The translations under genes were made by a program, and so were the position numbers. This document shows positions 9,261 through 16,897 of a stretch of 24,000 bases of DNA, one piece after another (within the stretch, counting starts at the first letter, position 1; the number at the start of each line of letters is the position of its first letter). The stretch comes from Bacteroidota bacterium. GTDB lineage: Bacteria; Bacteroidota; Bacteroidia; Flavobacteriales; Flavobacteriaceae. Location: assembly GCA_043769905.1 (NCBI GenBank), contig JAYVIW010000080.1:41942-65941 (forward strand), written 5' to 3'. The notes beneath the pieces are model-generated. The model had not been told where the DNA came from, searched no databases, and was given only the letters and a program-made list of their open reading frames with translations.

Positions 9261-9770
9261 ATGAATCAAAATGATTTTATAAAATTAATAAATCCATTTA
9301 AGCATAAATTGTTTCGCTTAGCAAAAAGGTTGCTTATTAGCACAGAAGAAGCCGAAGATGCGGCTCAAGAAGTGTTAGCAAAATTATGGAATAAGAACGA
9401 AAGTTTAGAAAAATACAGCAGCATTGAAGCATTTGCAATGACAATGACAAAGAATTATTGTTTGGACCAATTAAAAGCAAAACGGTCAAGTAATTTGCGA
9501 ATTATTGATGATAATTTTGATGACCATCAAGCAAATTTGCAACAAAAACTAGAAGATGAAGACAGCTTAAATTGGGTTGCAAAGATAATGAACAATTTGC
9601 CTGAACAGCAAAAACTGATTGTTCAAATGAGAGAAATAGAACAATACGAATTTGAAGAAATTGCCGAAATTCTAAAAATGAATCCAACAGCAGTAAGAGT
9701 TGCACTATCGAGAGCCCGAAAAACTATTAGAGAAGTAATGGACAAAACACACGATTATGGAACCAAATAA
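9261..9770 (+). CDS. RNA polymerase ECF-type sigma-70 family factor
   Basis: Region 2 (EDAAQEVLAKLW) and a region 4 HTH (YEFEEIAEILKMNPTAVRVALSRARKTIRE). I prefer the ATG at 9261 to the TTG at 9255 used by the track. Confidence 0.9.
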   Translation: MNQNDFIKLINPFKHKLFRLAKRLLISTEEAEDAAQEVLAKLWNKNESLEKYSSIEAFAMTMTKNYCLDQLKAKRSSNLRIIDDNFDDHQANLQQKLEDEDSLNWVAKIMNNLPEQQKLIVQMREIEQYEFEEIAEILKMNPTAVRVALSRARKTIREVMDKTHDYGTK

Positions 9771-10203
9771 AATAGCCGTTTTATTAGAAAAATATTTTGA
9801 TGGAACAACGACAATTGACCAAGAAAAACAATTGAAAAATTATTTTTGTTCTGAAGGTGTAGCGCAACATTTACAGCAATATAAGTATATTTTTCAATAT
9901 TTTGAGAATGAGAAACAAGTAGTATTTGACAAAAAAATTCAAATAAAATCACAAACTAAAATTGTTTGGTTTTCAATGGTCGCAACTGTAATATTGCTAT
10001 TTGGTTTGGCTGCATTTTATTTAATCAATCACAATTCTGCAAGTCCCGAAAAAAGTTTTGGAAGTTTTCAAAATCCCGAAATTGCATTTGAAGAAACACA
10101 AAAAGCGCTGCAAATGATATCGAATAATGTGAATGTTGGCATCAATAGTGTGGCTTATATAAATGAATATCAGAATACTAAAAATAAAATTTTTGTAGAA
10201 TAA
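9757..10203 (+). CDS. Putative anti-sigma factor (single-pass membrane protein)
   Basis: Overlaps the sigma gene stop by 14 nt. The N-terminus LLEKYFDGTTTIDQEKQLKNYF is typical of Bacteroidota ECF partner proteins. One TM segment (IVWFSMVATVILLFGLAAFYLI). Confidence 0.5.
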   Translation: MEPNKIAVLLEKYFDGTTTIDQEKQLKNYFCSEGVAQHLQQYKYIFQYFENEKQVVFDKKIQIKSQTKIVWFSMVATVILLFGLAAFYLINHNSASPEKSFGSFQNPEIAFEETQKALQMISNNVNVGINSVAYINEYQNTKNKIFVE

Positions 10204-10244
10204 TCAAATTAAAAATTAATTAAAAACATTTAAAATCAAATATC

Positions 10245-10769
10245 ATGAAAAAATTCATCATAACATCAGCATTAATAATTGTATCAAATTTATTTTTTGG
10301 ACAATCTGTTTTCGATAAATTTGATGGTCAAGATAACGTAACATCGATAATTGTTAACAACAAAATGTTCGATTTAATGAGCAAAGTAAAGGTTGACGAA
10401 ACAGATAAAGAAAGTCAGCAATACATTAAACTCATCAAAAAACTTGACAATCTAAAAGTTTTTGTAACCACCAATAATAAGGTGGCAGCCGAAATGAAGC
10501 ATTCAACAGATGGTTTTTTAAAAACTACTAAACTAGAAGAATTAATGCGTGTAAATGACAGCGGTCGAAATGTAAAAATTTACGTAAAATCGGGTGCATC
10601 AGATTCTCAAATCAAAGAATTATTTATGTTTATTGAAGGTTCGGGCAAAGAAAACCAGACTGTTGTAATGTCATTGACAGGCGATTTTGACCTCAACGAG
10701 TTATCGGCTTTGACCAACAAAATGCATTTGCCAGGTGGCGATGTTTTGAAAAAAGCATCTAAAAAATAA
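10245..10769 (+). CDS. DUF4252 domain-containing protein (secreted)
   Basis: 174 aa with a signal peptide. The pattern FDKFDGQDNVTSIIVNNKMFDLMSKV...IKLIKKLDNLKVF and the position downstream of the ECF sigma/anti-sigma pair fit DUF4252. Confidence 0.7.
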   Translation: MKKFIITSALIIVSNLFFGQSVFDKFDGQDNVTSIIVNNKMFDLMSKVKVDETDKESQQYIKLIKKLDNLKVFVTTNNKVAAEMKHSTDGFLKTTKLEELMRVNDSGRNVKIYVKSGASDSQIKELFMFIEGSGKENQTVVMSLTGDFDLNELSALTNKMHLPGGDVLKKASKK

Positions 10770-10774
10770 TTGTT

Positions 10775-11311
10775 ATGAAAAATTTAATGTTAGCATTTGC
10801 AATATTTAATTTATTGTTAGCTGGCTGTAACAATAATAAAAGCTTAGAAAAATATTTTGTTAACAATACCAATAACCCAAACTTTATTCAAGTTGATGTT
10901 GCACCAAGTATTTTAAATCTAAATACAACACAACTTACAGAAGAGCAGAAAACAGCTTTACAATCATTTAACAAAATGAATGTTTTGGCTTTTAAAATAA
11001 ATGACAAAAACAAAGCCCAATTTGGACAAGAAAGAACCAAAGTCAATGAAATTTTAAAAAACGAAAAATACCACCAATTGATGAAATTTGGTTCTGGGAA
11101 AGAAGTAGCATCAATTAGCTTTGTTGGCGAAGACGAACATATATCAGAATTTATCATTTTTGGAAACAAAGCGGATAAAGGATTTGCAATTGTCCGAATT
11201 TTGGGGCAAGACATGAACCCAAGTTCGATTATGACAATTGTTTCGGCAATGCAAAATTCAAAAATGGACATTGAGCAATTGATACCGATTATAGAAATAA
11301 TGAAACAATAA
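10775..11311 (+). CDS. DUF4252-like lipoprotein
   Basis: 178 aa with lipobox LLAGC. Same general layout as the preceding gene (FIQVDVAPSILNL...LQSFNKMNVLAF). Begins 5 nt after the previous stop. Confidence 0.65.
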   Translation: MKNLMLAFAIFNLLLAGCNNNKSLEKYFVNNTNNPNFIQVDVAPSILNLNTTQLTEEQKTALQSFNKMNVLAFKINDKNKAQFGQERTKVNEILKNEKYHQLMKFGSGKEVASISFVGEDEHISEFIIFGNKADKGFAIVRILGQDMNPSSIMTIVSAMQNSKMDIEQLIPIIEIMKQ

Positions 11312-11340
11312 AAGTATAAAAGTGAGGTTAGTTAGAAAGG

Positions 11341-11370
11341 ACGTTTGCAAATTTTGCAAGCGTTTTTTTT
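11341..11370 (+). terminator. Rho-independent terminator of the ECF/DUF4252 operon
   Basis: 10-bp stem ACGTTTGCAA/TTGCAAGCGT (one G:U pair), a 3-nt loop, then a T8 run. Starts 30 nt after the stop at 11311. Confidence 0.7.
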
Positions 11371-11402
11371 ATGTTTATTTTCTAGGAAACGATTAAGGTA
11401 AT

Positions 11403-11440
11403 AAAAAAAAAAAAAAAAAAACAGTGCTGACACTGGTTTT
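11403..11440 (-). terminator. Displaced native terminator of tRNA-Leu (hairpin + T19 on the minus strand)
   Basis: On the minus strand the distal att repeat is followed by GGAATAAATTAAAAAC, then the hairpin CAGTG-TCAG-CACTG (11422-11435), then 19 consecutive T (the plus-strand A run 11403-11421). Confidence 0.5.
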
Positions 11441-11451
11441 TAATTTATTCC

Positions 11452-11466
11452 GTGACCACGGTGGGA
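11452..11466. repeat. attL-like direct repeat GTGACCACGGTGGGA (distal copy of the tRNA-Leu 3' end)
   Basis: Perfect 15-bp identity with 19125-19139. Flanking bases differ on both sides. Confidence 0.75.
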
Positions 11467-11605
11467 ACACTATAATACAAATTCACTATAAACTTGAAAT
11501 ACCACTGATACTTCTTAAAAGCCAATAAATTCAATATACATTTAGCAATACAAACATAATAAATGTTTCGATTAGTTTGTTTTAAATTGTATATATTTTA
11601 ATTTT

Positions 11606-11624
11606 ATCGTACATTAATCGTACA
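11606..11624 (+). repeat. Tandem ATCGTACA motifs with 11-bp periodicity (candidate integrase arm-type sites)
   Basis: ATCGTACA occurs at 11606-11613 and 11617-11624. The 11-mer TAATCGTACAA (11615-11625) recurs identically at 19057-19067 near the other island end. Confidence 0.4.
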
Positions 11625-11631
11625 ATATTTA

Positions 11632-11639
11632 TATATTTG
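11632..11639 (+). promoter_or_regulatory. Bacteroidota-type -7 box (TATATTTG) upstream of the integrase gene
   Basis: Exact TAnnTTTG match, 20 nt upstream of the ATG at 11659. Confidence 0.35.
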
Positions 11640-11658
11640 TATTTTCAATATTTTAAAT

Positions 11659-12930
11659 ATGGCAACTGTTAATTTTCTTTATCGTTCAACTAAAAGCAAA
11701 GCATTTTTAATCGTTCGGTTATTATATCGTTACGAAAACCAAGATTTCGTTTTTGGTGCAAATACTAAATTTGAAGTTTCAAAAGAATACTGGAGCAAAC
11801 AACACAAACAAAAACGTCCAAAAGACATTGAAATAAGCAATAAACAAACCGAAGTTAATGCTGAACTTAACAAAATTGAAAATTATATTTTAAGTAGTTT
11901 CAATAAATACAGTCCTGATGCTATAAATAAAAAATGGCTCGAAACTGAAATTGGATTTTTTTACAATCCCCAAATAGAAAATAAAACCGAAAAAATACCG
12001 ATTAATCTCGTTGAATACTTTGATTATTACATAAAACACAAAGAAAACTATCCAAGTGTTGTTTTAATTAGAAAAATAAATGTTCTAAAAAAGAAAGTTC
12101 AACGGTTGCAAAATTTTAGAAATAAACCAATTTTGATAAAAGATGTAAACAAACAATTCAAAAAAGAATTCGCTGATTATTGTGAGAAAGAAAAATACAG
12201 TAGAATTACAACCCAAAGAGATTTTGCAGAAATAAAAACAATATGTTTAGATGCACGTTCCAAAGGAATTGAAACAAGTTTAGAATTAGACAAATTGAGT
12301 TTCCCTCGCGAGAAAACAACAAATATATATTTAACCTTTGACGAATTGGAATTCATACAAAACATTGATTCTGTGAAATTAACTGAAAGTTTGAACAATG
12401 CAAAAGATTGGTTAATAATTTCTTGTTTTACAGGTCAAAGAGTTTCAGATTTTATGCGTTTCAATACCAATATGATACGTTATGAAAATATAAAAGGAAC
12501 TGACAAGGCTTTTATTGAATTTACTCAAAAGAAAACTAATAAAATAATGACTGTTCTTTTGCACCCGAAAGTTATAGAAATTTTAGAAAAAAGAAATTTT
12601 ATGTTTCCGAATCCTATTTCGTCCCAAAAATACAATGACTACATCAAAGAAGTTTGTAAATTAGCGGGCATAAATCAAACCATTACAGGAAGTAAAAAAA
12701 TCGAAACTGAACCCAACAGCAAAGAGTACCGCAAACAATCTGGAACATTTGAAAAATGGAATTTAGTTTCAAGCCATATAGGAAGACGCTCTTATGCAAC
12801 TAATTTTTATGGAATAATTCCAGATACTTTTTTGATGAATGTTACAGGACATACAACTCAAGCAATGTTCCTTTCCTACATTGGCAAAAGCAATAAAGAT
12901 ATTGCAGTTGGGATGGCTGATTATTATTAA
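11659..12930 (+). CDS. Site-specific tyrosine recombinase (phage integrase family) with an N-terminal arm-type DNA-binding domain
   Basis: 423 aa. The N-terminus MATVNFLYRSTKSKAFLIVRLLYR is typical of Bacteroidota integrase arm-binding domains. The C-terminal catalytic region has TGQRVSDF (Arg), SSHIGRRSYAT (His-x-x-Arg), VTGHTT (His) and FLSYIG (Tyr). Confidence 0.92.
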   Translation: MATVNFLYRSTKSKAFLIVRLLYRYENQDFVFGANTKFEVSKEYWSKQHKQKRPKDIEISNKQTEVNAELNKIENYILSSFNKYSPDAINKKWLETEIGFFYNPQIENKTEKIPINLVEYFDYYIKHKENYPSVVLIRKINVLKKKVQRLQNFRNKPILIKDVNKQFKKEFADYCEKEKYSRITTQRDFAEIKTICLDARSKGIETSLELDKLSFPREKTTNIYLTFDELEFIQNIDSVKLTESLNNAKDWLIISCFTGQRVSDFMRFNTNMIRYENIKGTDKAFIEFTQKKTNKIMTVLLHPKVIEILEKRNFMFPNPISSQKYNDYIKEVCKLAGINQTITGSKKIETEPNSKEYRKQSGTFEKWNLVSSHIGRRSYATNFYGIIPDTFLMNVTGHTTQAMFLSYIGKSNKDIAVGMADYY

Positions 12931-12947
12931 ACTAAAGATTAAATATA

Positions 12948-13379
12948 ATGAATGAAGAAATAAAAGCATTAGTCGAATTTGCAAAAAATAGTAAAAATTC
13001 AACAAACTCAAAGTTACAAATTAATGTAGTTGATGAAAATGAAGCCGAATTTTTAGAACTAAAAACTGGTTTTAAATTATTGGGATATAAAAGAATTATT
13101 GATAAATTTAGCATCAATCACACGCTTAAAAATCACGGAAATATTAAAACAGAAGCATTGCGAGGTCAAATTGCTATTACCGACGAAGATTTTGAATTGA
13201 TACCAGAAATAATGCTTTCTAAAAACATAATTCACGCCAGTAAAAACAATATGGGTAATGATTTGATACTTTATGAAGCCATAATAGAAAACACTTTTTA
13301 TTATGTAGAAGAAGTTAGAAAAGGCAAAAAAGAACTTTGTATGACAACAATGTATAAAAGAAAACCAACCACTTTATAA
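12948..13379 (+). CDS. Hypothetical protein; possible BECR-fold (PBECR-like) RNase domain
   Basis: 143 aa, beginning 17 nt after the integrase stop. The segment INHTLKNHGNIKTEALRGQIAITDEDFELIPEIM...YYVEEVRKGKKEL resembles, from memory only, the H-x3-K-x-HG...RGQ-x-I-T core of phage-associated Barnase/EndoU/ColicinE5-D/RelE-like domains. Confidence 0.55.
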   Translation: MNEEIKALVEFAKNSKNSTNSKLQINVVDENEAEFLELKTGFKLLGYKRIIDKFSINHTLKNHGNIKTEALRGQIAITDEDFELIPEIMLSKNIIHASKNNMGNDLILYEAIIENTFYYVEEVRKGKKELCMTTMYKRKPTTL

Positions 13380-13558
13380 AAAAATAGTTGGTTTAAAAAT
13401 CAACGAGTTATGCTCAATTTCACCTACTCCTTACGCCCGAAACGTACTTTGATTATACAAAGATAATTATAATAACCTAAAAACAAACAACCTAACTAAA
13501 TATTTAACATTTTTTAGATTTAAACCCATCAAAACAAACTAACTATTAAATAAATCTT

Positions 13559-14527
13559 ATGATTAACGATTTTTGGAAAAACCCTAAAGTAGCAGAATAT
13601 CTTTTTTACGACACGGTCGGTATTGACAGAATAGTTGAGAAATATGGTGAATGTACAAATGATTATGAAATTAAGATTGAATATATGATTGTTGATATTT
13701 CTCTTCAATTAAAAAAAGATATAATTATAGATATTACAAGAGAAGAATATGATGATTTTATTGAAGTTCCTCAAAGAAATGTTAATCGTTGGCATAGTAT
13801 AGAATATGATGACTTTAAGGATGTTTTTAGCAATAATTTATTTACGGAGGATTTGAGATTACATATAGTTCCAAATACACAGTCAGATTTTATTTTATTA
13901 GTAAATGAGACTTTTTATAATTTTAATTTTGAAAGTCAAGCAAAAATATTTTTTAGAGAATTAATATCATATTTAACAAGATGTAAGCATCTTTTAAATC
14001 AAAATGATGCAATTTTTCAAAAAAATCCTATTCAAGAAATAGTATCAAATATTTATTCTGAAAATTATTTGGATACTATTCAAAAAATTAAAAACAATTA
14101 TAAATTAATATTTCCAGAAATAGAAAATAATTTTGGAATAGATTTAGAGATTCAAGAAACATATTCAGTATATGGTAAAATGAATAAATTTCAAGAATTA
14201 AACGAAATAAAAAAAGAAATAGATGAAAGTAGAATTTGGTTTAAAGTTGGACTTTTATTGGCAAAAGGAGAAATTCAAAAATTTATTTTGGATAATCCAA
14301 ATATAAGTTTTCCTAAAATTGCAAAGCATTTTAAAAATGAAAGTTATGAAGTATATATCAAATCAACATTACAAAATTATACTACGTCGAATACAGATAA
14401 AAACATTTACTTACATATTCATAAAATGGATTCGATTATAAAATATTGTAATTCTAATAAAATTGAAATTTGCAACGATTTTAAATTAAAATACAAAGTT
14501 CAATCTGAAAAACAGTACTTGCAATAG
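13559..14527 (+). CDS. Hypothetical protein (322 aa), no recognisable domain
   Basis: Long uninterrupted ORF in extremely AT-rich DNA, where random frames close quickly. Rich in Asn/Ile/Lys. No signal peptide or TM segment. Confidence 0.6.
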   Translation: MINDFWKNPKVAEYLFYDTVGIDRIVEKYGECTNDYEIKIEYMIVDISLQLKKDIIIDITREEYDDFIEVPQRNVNRWHSIEYDDFKDVFSNNLFTEDLRLHIVPNTQSDFILLVNETFYNFNFESQAKIFFRELISYLTRCKHLLNQNDAIFQKNPIQEIVSNIYSENYLDTIQKIKNNYKLIFPEIENNFGIDLEIQETYSVYGKMNKFQELNEIKKEIDESRIWFKVGLLLAKGEIQKFILDNPNISFPKIAKHFKNESYEVYIKSTLQNYTTSNTDKNIYLHIHKMDSIIKYCNSNKIEICNDFKLKYKVQSEKQYLQ

Positions 14528-14562
14528 TACGAGTACTGCCAAAACATTATTATAAACTGAAA

Positions 14563-14570
14563 TAAATTTG
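14563..14570 (+). promoter_or_regulatory. Bacteroidota-type -7 box (TAAATTTG) upstream of the HTH/Rep-like pair
   Basis: Exact TAnnTTTG match, 36 nt upstream of the ATG at 14606. Confidence 0.35.
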
Positions 14571-14605
14571 CACCAGAAAGTTACAAACCCTTTCAGCAAA
14601 TTTAT

Positions 14606-14896
14606 ATGAATACACAAGCAATCCAGTTCCTTCAGACGACTCCCGAGCAACTATCGGAGCAAATTTTCAACAATGTAAAAAGTCTTTTATTAGACTTCAA
14701 AAAATCATTATCAATTCCAGACCCAAACGAGTTGATGAGTAGGTCGCAAGTTTGCGAATATTTACAAATTGACAGTTCTACGCTTTGGACTTGGACAAAT
14801 AAAGGCAAAGTAAAAGCCTACGGAATAGGAAACCGCAGGTATTACAAGAAAAATGAGTTATTGCAATGTTTAATCCCTTTAAAAACAGTTGCATAA
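14606..14896 (+). CDS. Helix-turn-helix DNA-binding protein, excisionase/AlpA-like (HTH_17-type)
   Basis: 96 aa. The C-terminal half LMSRSQVCEYLQIDSSTLWTWTNKGKVKAYGIGNRRYYKKNELLQCL follows the pattern of MerR-superfamily excisionase-like HTH proteins common on Bacteroidota mobile elements. Confidence 0.75.
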   Translation: MNTQAIQFLQTTPEQLSEQIFNNVKSLLLDFKKSLSIPDPNELMSRSQVCEYLQIDSSTLWTWTNKGKVKAYGIGNRRYYKKNELLQCLIPLKTVA

Positions 14897-15819
14897 TGAT
14901 AGATAATGTAAGATTACAAGTCCTAAACAAAGAAAATTTTGAAAATCATATTATCAAAAACAATGTTGTTGATTTAGTATCGCCTTTAAACACTTTTACA
15001 GGCGAAATAAACGAAAGTAGCAAAAAAGGAAAAGAACGCAACCTAGAGGTTAGAATTACGCCATATCAAGCCGTAATATTCGGTAGTTTGCATAAATATG
15101 AAAATCTTTGCAATGGAGAAACAAATCATAATTACAATGATTTTAGCTACAACCAAATCAAAGAATTAATCCCGTTTTTAACCGAACTTTTTGACATAGA
15201 AAACAATACATCATTAACCAATCTTGAAATGGGTTTTAATCTCGATTTAGACATTAGTCCAAAGTTAATAATAGATAATAATGTTTTGATGTACGACTTG
15301 AAAAGTGCTAATAAAGATTTAAAATTCAAAGGTCGTGGCGATTACAAAGAGTTTCAGAAAACTGACTATATTCTAAAGATTTACAGCAAGTCCAAACAAT
15401 ATAATCTTAAAAATCATTTAATTCGGGTTGAAATAAAAATCACTAAAAAAAGGAAATTACAAGATTTAGGAGTTTTTGAATTAGAAGATTTGTTAAATAA
15501 AGAGGTTTTACTTAATATTTTTAATTTCTTACTTAACGAATTTCAAAAAGTATTTATAATTGACGATTTCGATAATGTAAAAATCCTGATTAAAGATTTA
15601 GAAAAACTCAATAAATACACAAACCCAAATTACTGGATTAGAATAAGAAATGAAAAATCTTATAAAATTACAAAACGGTTAGAAAATGATTTTAAACTAT
15701 TGATTCGTAAATACAATTTAGGTAAAACTAAAAAAGAATTAAAGGACAAATTAGTACTCAAATTTAGTAGTTTAATGAATACCAATAATACCGATTTAGA
15801 TTGTAATAGTAAACTGTAA
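14896..15819 (+). CDS. Hypothetical protein; possible replication-initiation protein (gene II/X or Rep_trans-like)
   Basis: I prefer the start at the ATG overlapping the upstream stop (TAATG at 14894-14898). The N-terminus MIDNVRLQV, GSLHKY...NHNYNDFSY, LEMGFNLDL, KIYSKSKQY and LIRVEIKITKK are reminiscent of phage/plasmid replication initiators. This is a weak call made from memory. Confidence 0.55.
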   Translation: MIDNVRLQVLNKENFENHIIKNNVVDLVSPLNTFTGEINESSKKGKERNLEVRITPYQAVIFGSLHKYENLCNGETNHNYNDFSYNQIKELIPFLTELFDIENNTSLTNLEMGFNLDLDISPKLIIDNNVLMYDLKSANKDLKFKGRGDYKEFQKTDYILKIYSKSKQYNLKNHLIRVEIKITKKRKLQDLGVFELEDLLNKEVLLNIFNFLLNEFQKVFIIDDFDNVKILIKDLEKLNKYTNPNYWIRIRNEKSYKITKRLENDFKLLIRKYNLGKTKKELKDKLVLKFSSLMNTNNTDLDCNSKL

Positions 15820-15852
15820 AAGGGATAAAATGCAAACTATAATACAAACAAC

Positions 15853-15884
15853 AAACCCGCCTAATTTACTAGCGGGTTTTGTTT
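15853..15884. terminator. Bidirectional terminator hairpin between convergent island genes
   Basis: Stem AAACCCGC (15853-15860) / GCGGGTTT (15872-15879) with an 11-nt loop. T-rich tracts follow it on both strands. Confidence 0.6.
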
Positions 15885-16660
15885 TATATTAAATTATCGT
15901 CTTCTAAATTTTCTACAAGGTCTGAATATCTAATTATAAATTTTCTTGCTAACTCAAATGATTTTTGTAATCCTAACAAATTTGAATGTGAACCACCATT
16001 TAATAAAATTTTATGACATTTTTCAGTCTCCAATACAATTTCTTTTGCAATTACTTCCATTTTTTCATTTATATTATCATATGTAATTCTAACACAACAT
16101 AATATAATCTCTTTTCTTATTAATATTAATTTGTCTACATTTCGTATATCATCATATAATAAAATATGGTCAATCTCTTTAAAATAACTTTCTATAATAT
16201 CATTTAGTTCTTCTAAACATTCTTCTACTTTAGGTGAATATTTTTGCTGTTGAAATTTATTTATTACAGATTTACCTAAATTGACTCTTGAGAATATTAT
16301 GTTATTTACTAAATTACTATGATTAATAATTTGCAAACTGTCTAATTGTGATTCCAAAATCATAGTCAACTTATTTTTATTAATTTTATCGACTACTTCA
16401 AATACTTTGTCTCCGCTAATATTTAAATATGGTCGTTTTGCTAGAAAGTAAGATTTTTTAGAATTAGTTCTGTGAGTAAATATTTCAATTTCTTCCCCAA
16501 GTCTAAATACTTTATGAATTAAGGAAACACTAATTTTTTCCATATTATTTACTTCTACCTGATTGCTTATTATTTCAAAATTTCCTTCAAAATTGAAATT
16601 AGCAATAACTTTGGTATCATCGGGTAAATATCCTAATGTTCTTTTAAGAGATTCAAACAT
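15884..16660 (-). CDS. Hypothetical cytoplasmic protein (258 aa), last gene of the minus-strand cassette
   Basis: Long ORF in DNA of roughly 20% G+C. No TM segment or signal peptide, and the C-terminal half is predicted helical. No motif recognised. Confidence 0.62.
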   Translation of the reverse strand: MFESLKRTLGYLPDDTKVIANFNFEGNFEIISNQVEVNNMEKISVSLIHKVFRLGEEIEIFTHRTNSKKSYFLAKRPYLNISGDKVFEVVDKINKNKLTMILESQLDSLQIINHSNLVNNIIFSRVNLGKSVINKFQQQKYSPKVEECLEELNDIIESYFKEIDHILLYDDIRNVDKLILIRKEIILCCVRITYDNINEKMEVIAKEIVLETEKCHKILLNGGSHSNLLGLQKSFELARKFIIRYSDLVENLEDDNLI

Positions 16661-16718
16661 ATAAAATTTGTTTAAGATTTAGGTAAAATAAACTCATAAA
16701 AAATTAATGCGATTGCTT

Positions 16719-16895
16719 TCACTTTTCGTTAACTATCCATTTAATCAATGATTCTGCATCATTAATAACTATACTAAAAGAACCATTTTTATTGATTACT
16801 GAAAGTAGCATTGTAATAACAAGTAGAAAAGGCACAACTGTAACAGTTAAAAACAATCTTAACAACACATACATTAAAGTTACAATATCTTTCAT
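16719..16895 (-). CDS. Unannotated small membrane protein (58 aa), below the ORF-track size cutoff
   Basis: Manual translation gives MKDIVTLMYVLLRLFLTVTVVPFLLVITMLLSVINKNGSFSIVINDAESLIKWIVNEK*. The ATG at 16895 lies 2 nt after the TPR gene stop (16898-16900). There is one clear TM segment. Confidence 0.5.
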   Translation of the reverse strand: MKDIVTLMYVLLRLFLTVTVVPFLLVITMLLSVINKNGSFSIVINDAESLIKWIVNEK

Positions 16896-16897
16896 AC

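Noticed and set aside
11403-11421. A19 homopolymer as a possible phase-variation switch or the poly(A) tail of a retroelement.
   Set aside because: On the minus strand it is the T tract directly following a hairpin downstream of the distal tRNA-Leu fragment, so it is a terminator U-tract. No gene start or reverse transcriptase is nearby. Length variation remains possible.
14513-14538. Hairpin CAGTACT-N12-AGTACTG overlapping the stop codon of the 322-aa gene, considered as a terminator.
   Set aside because: The stem is only 7 bp with a 12-nt loop and no downstream T tract. It is too weak to call.
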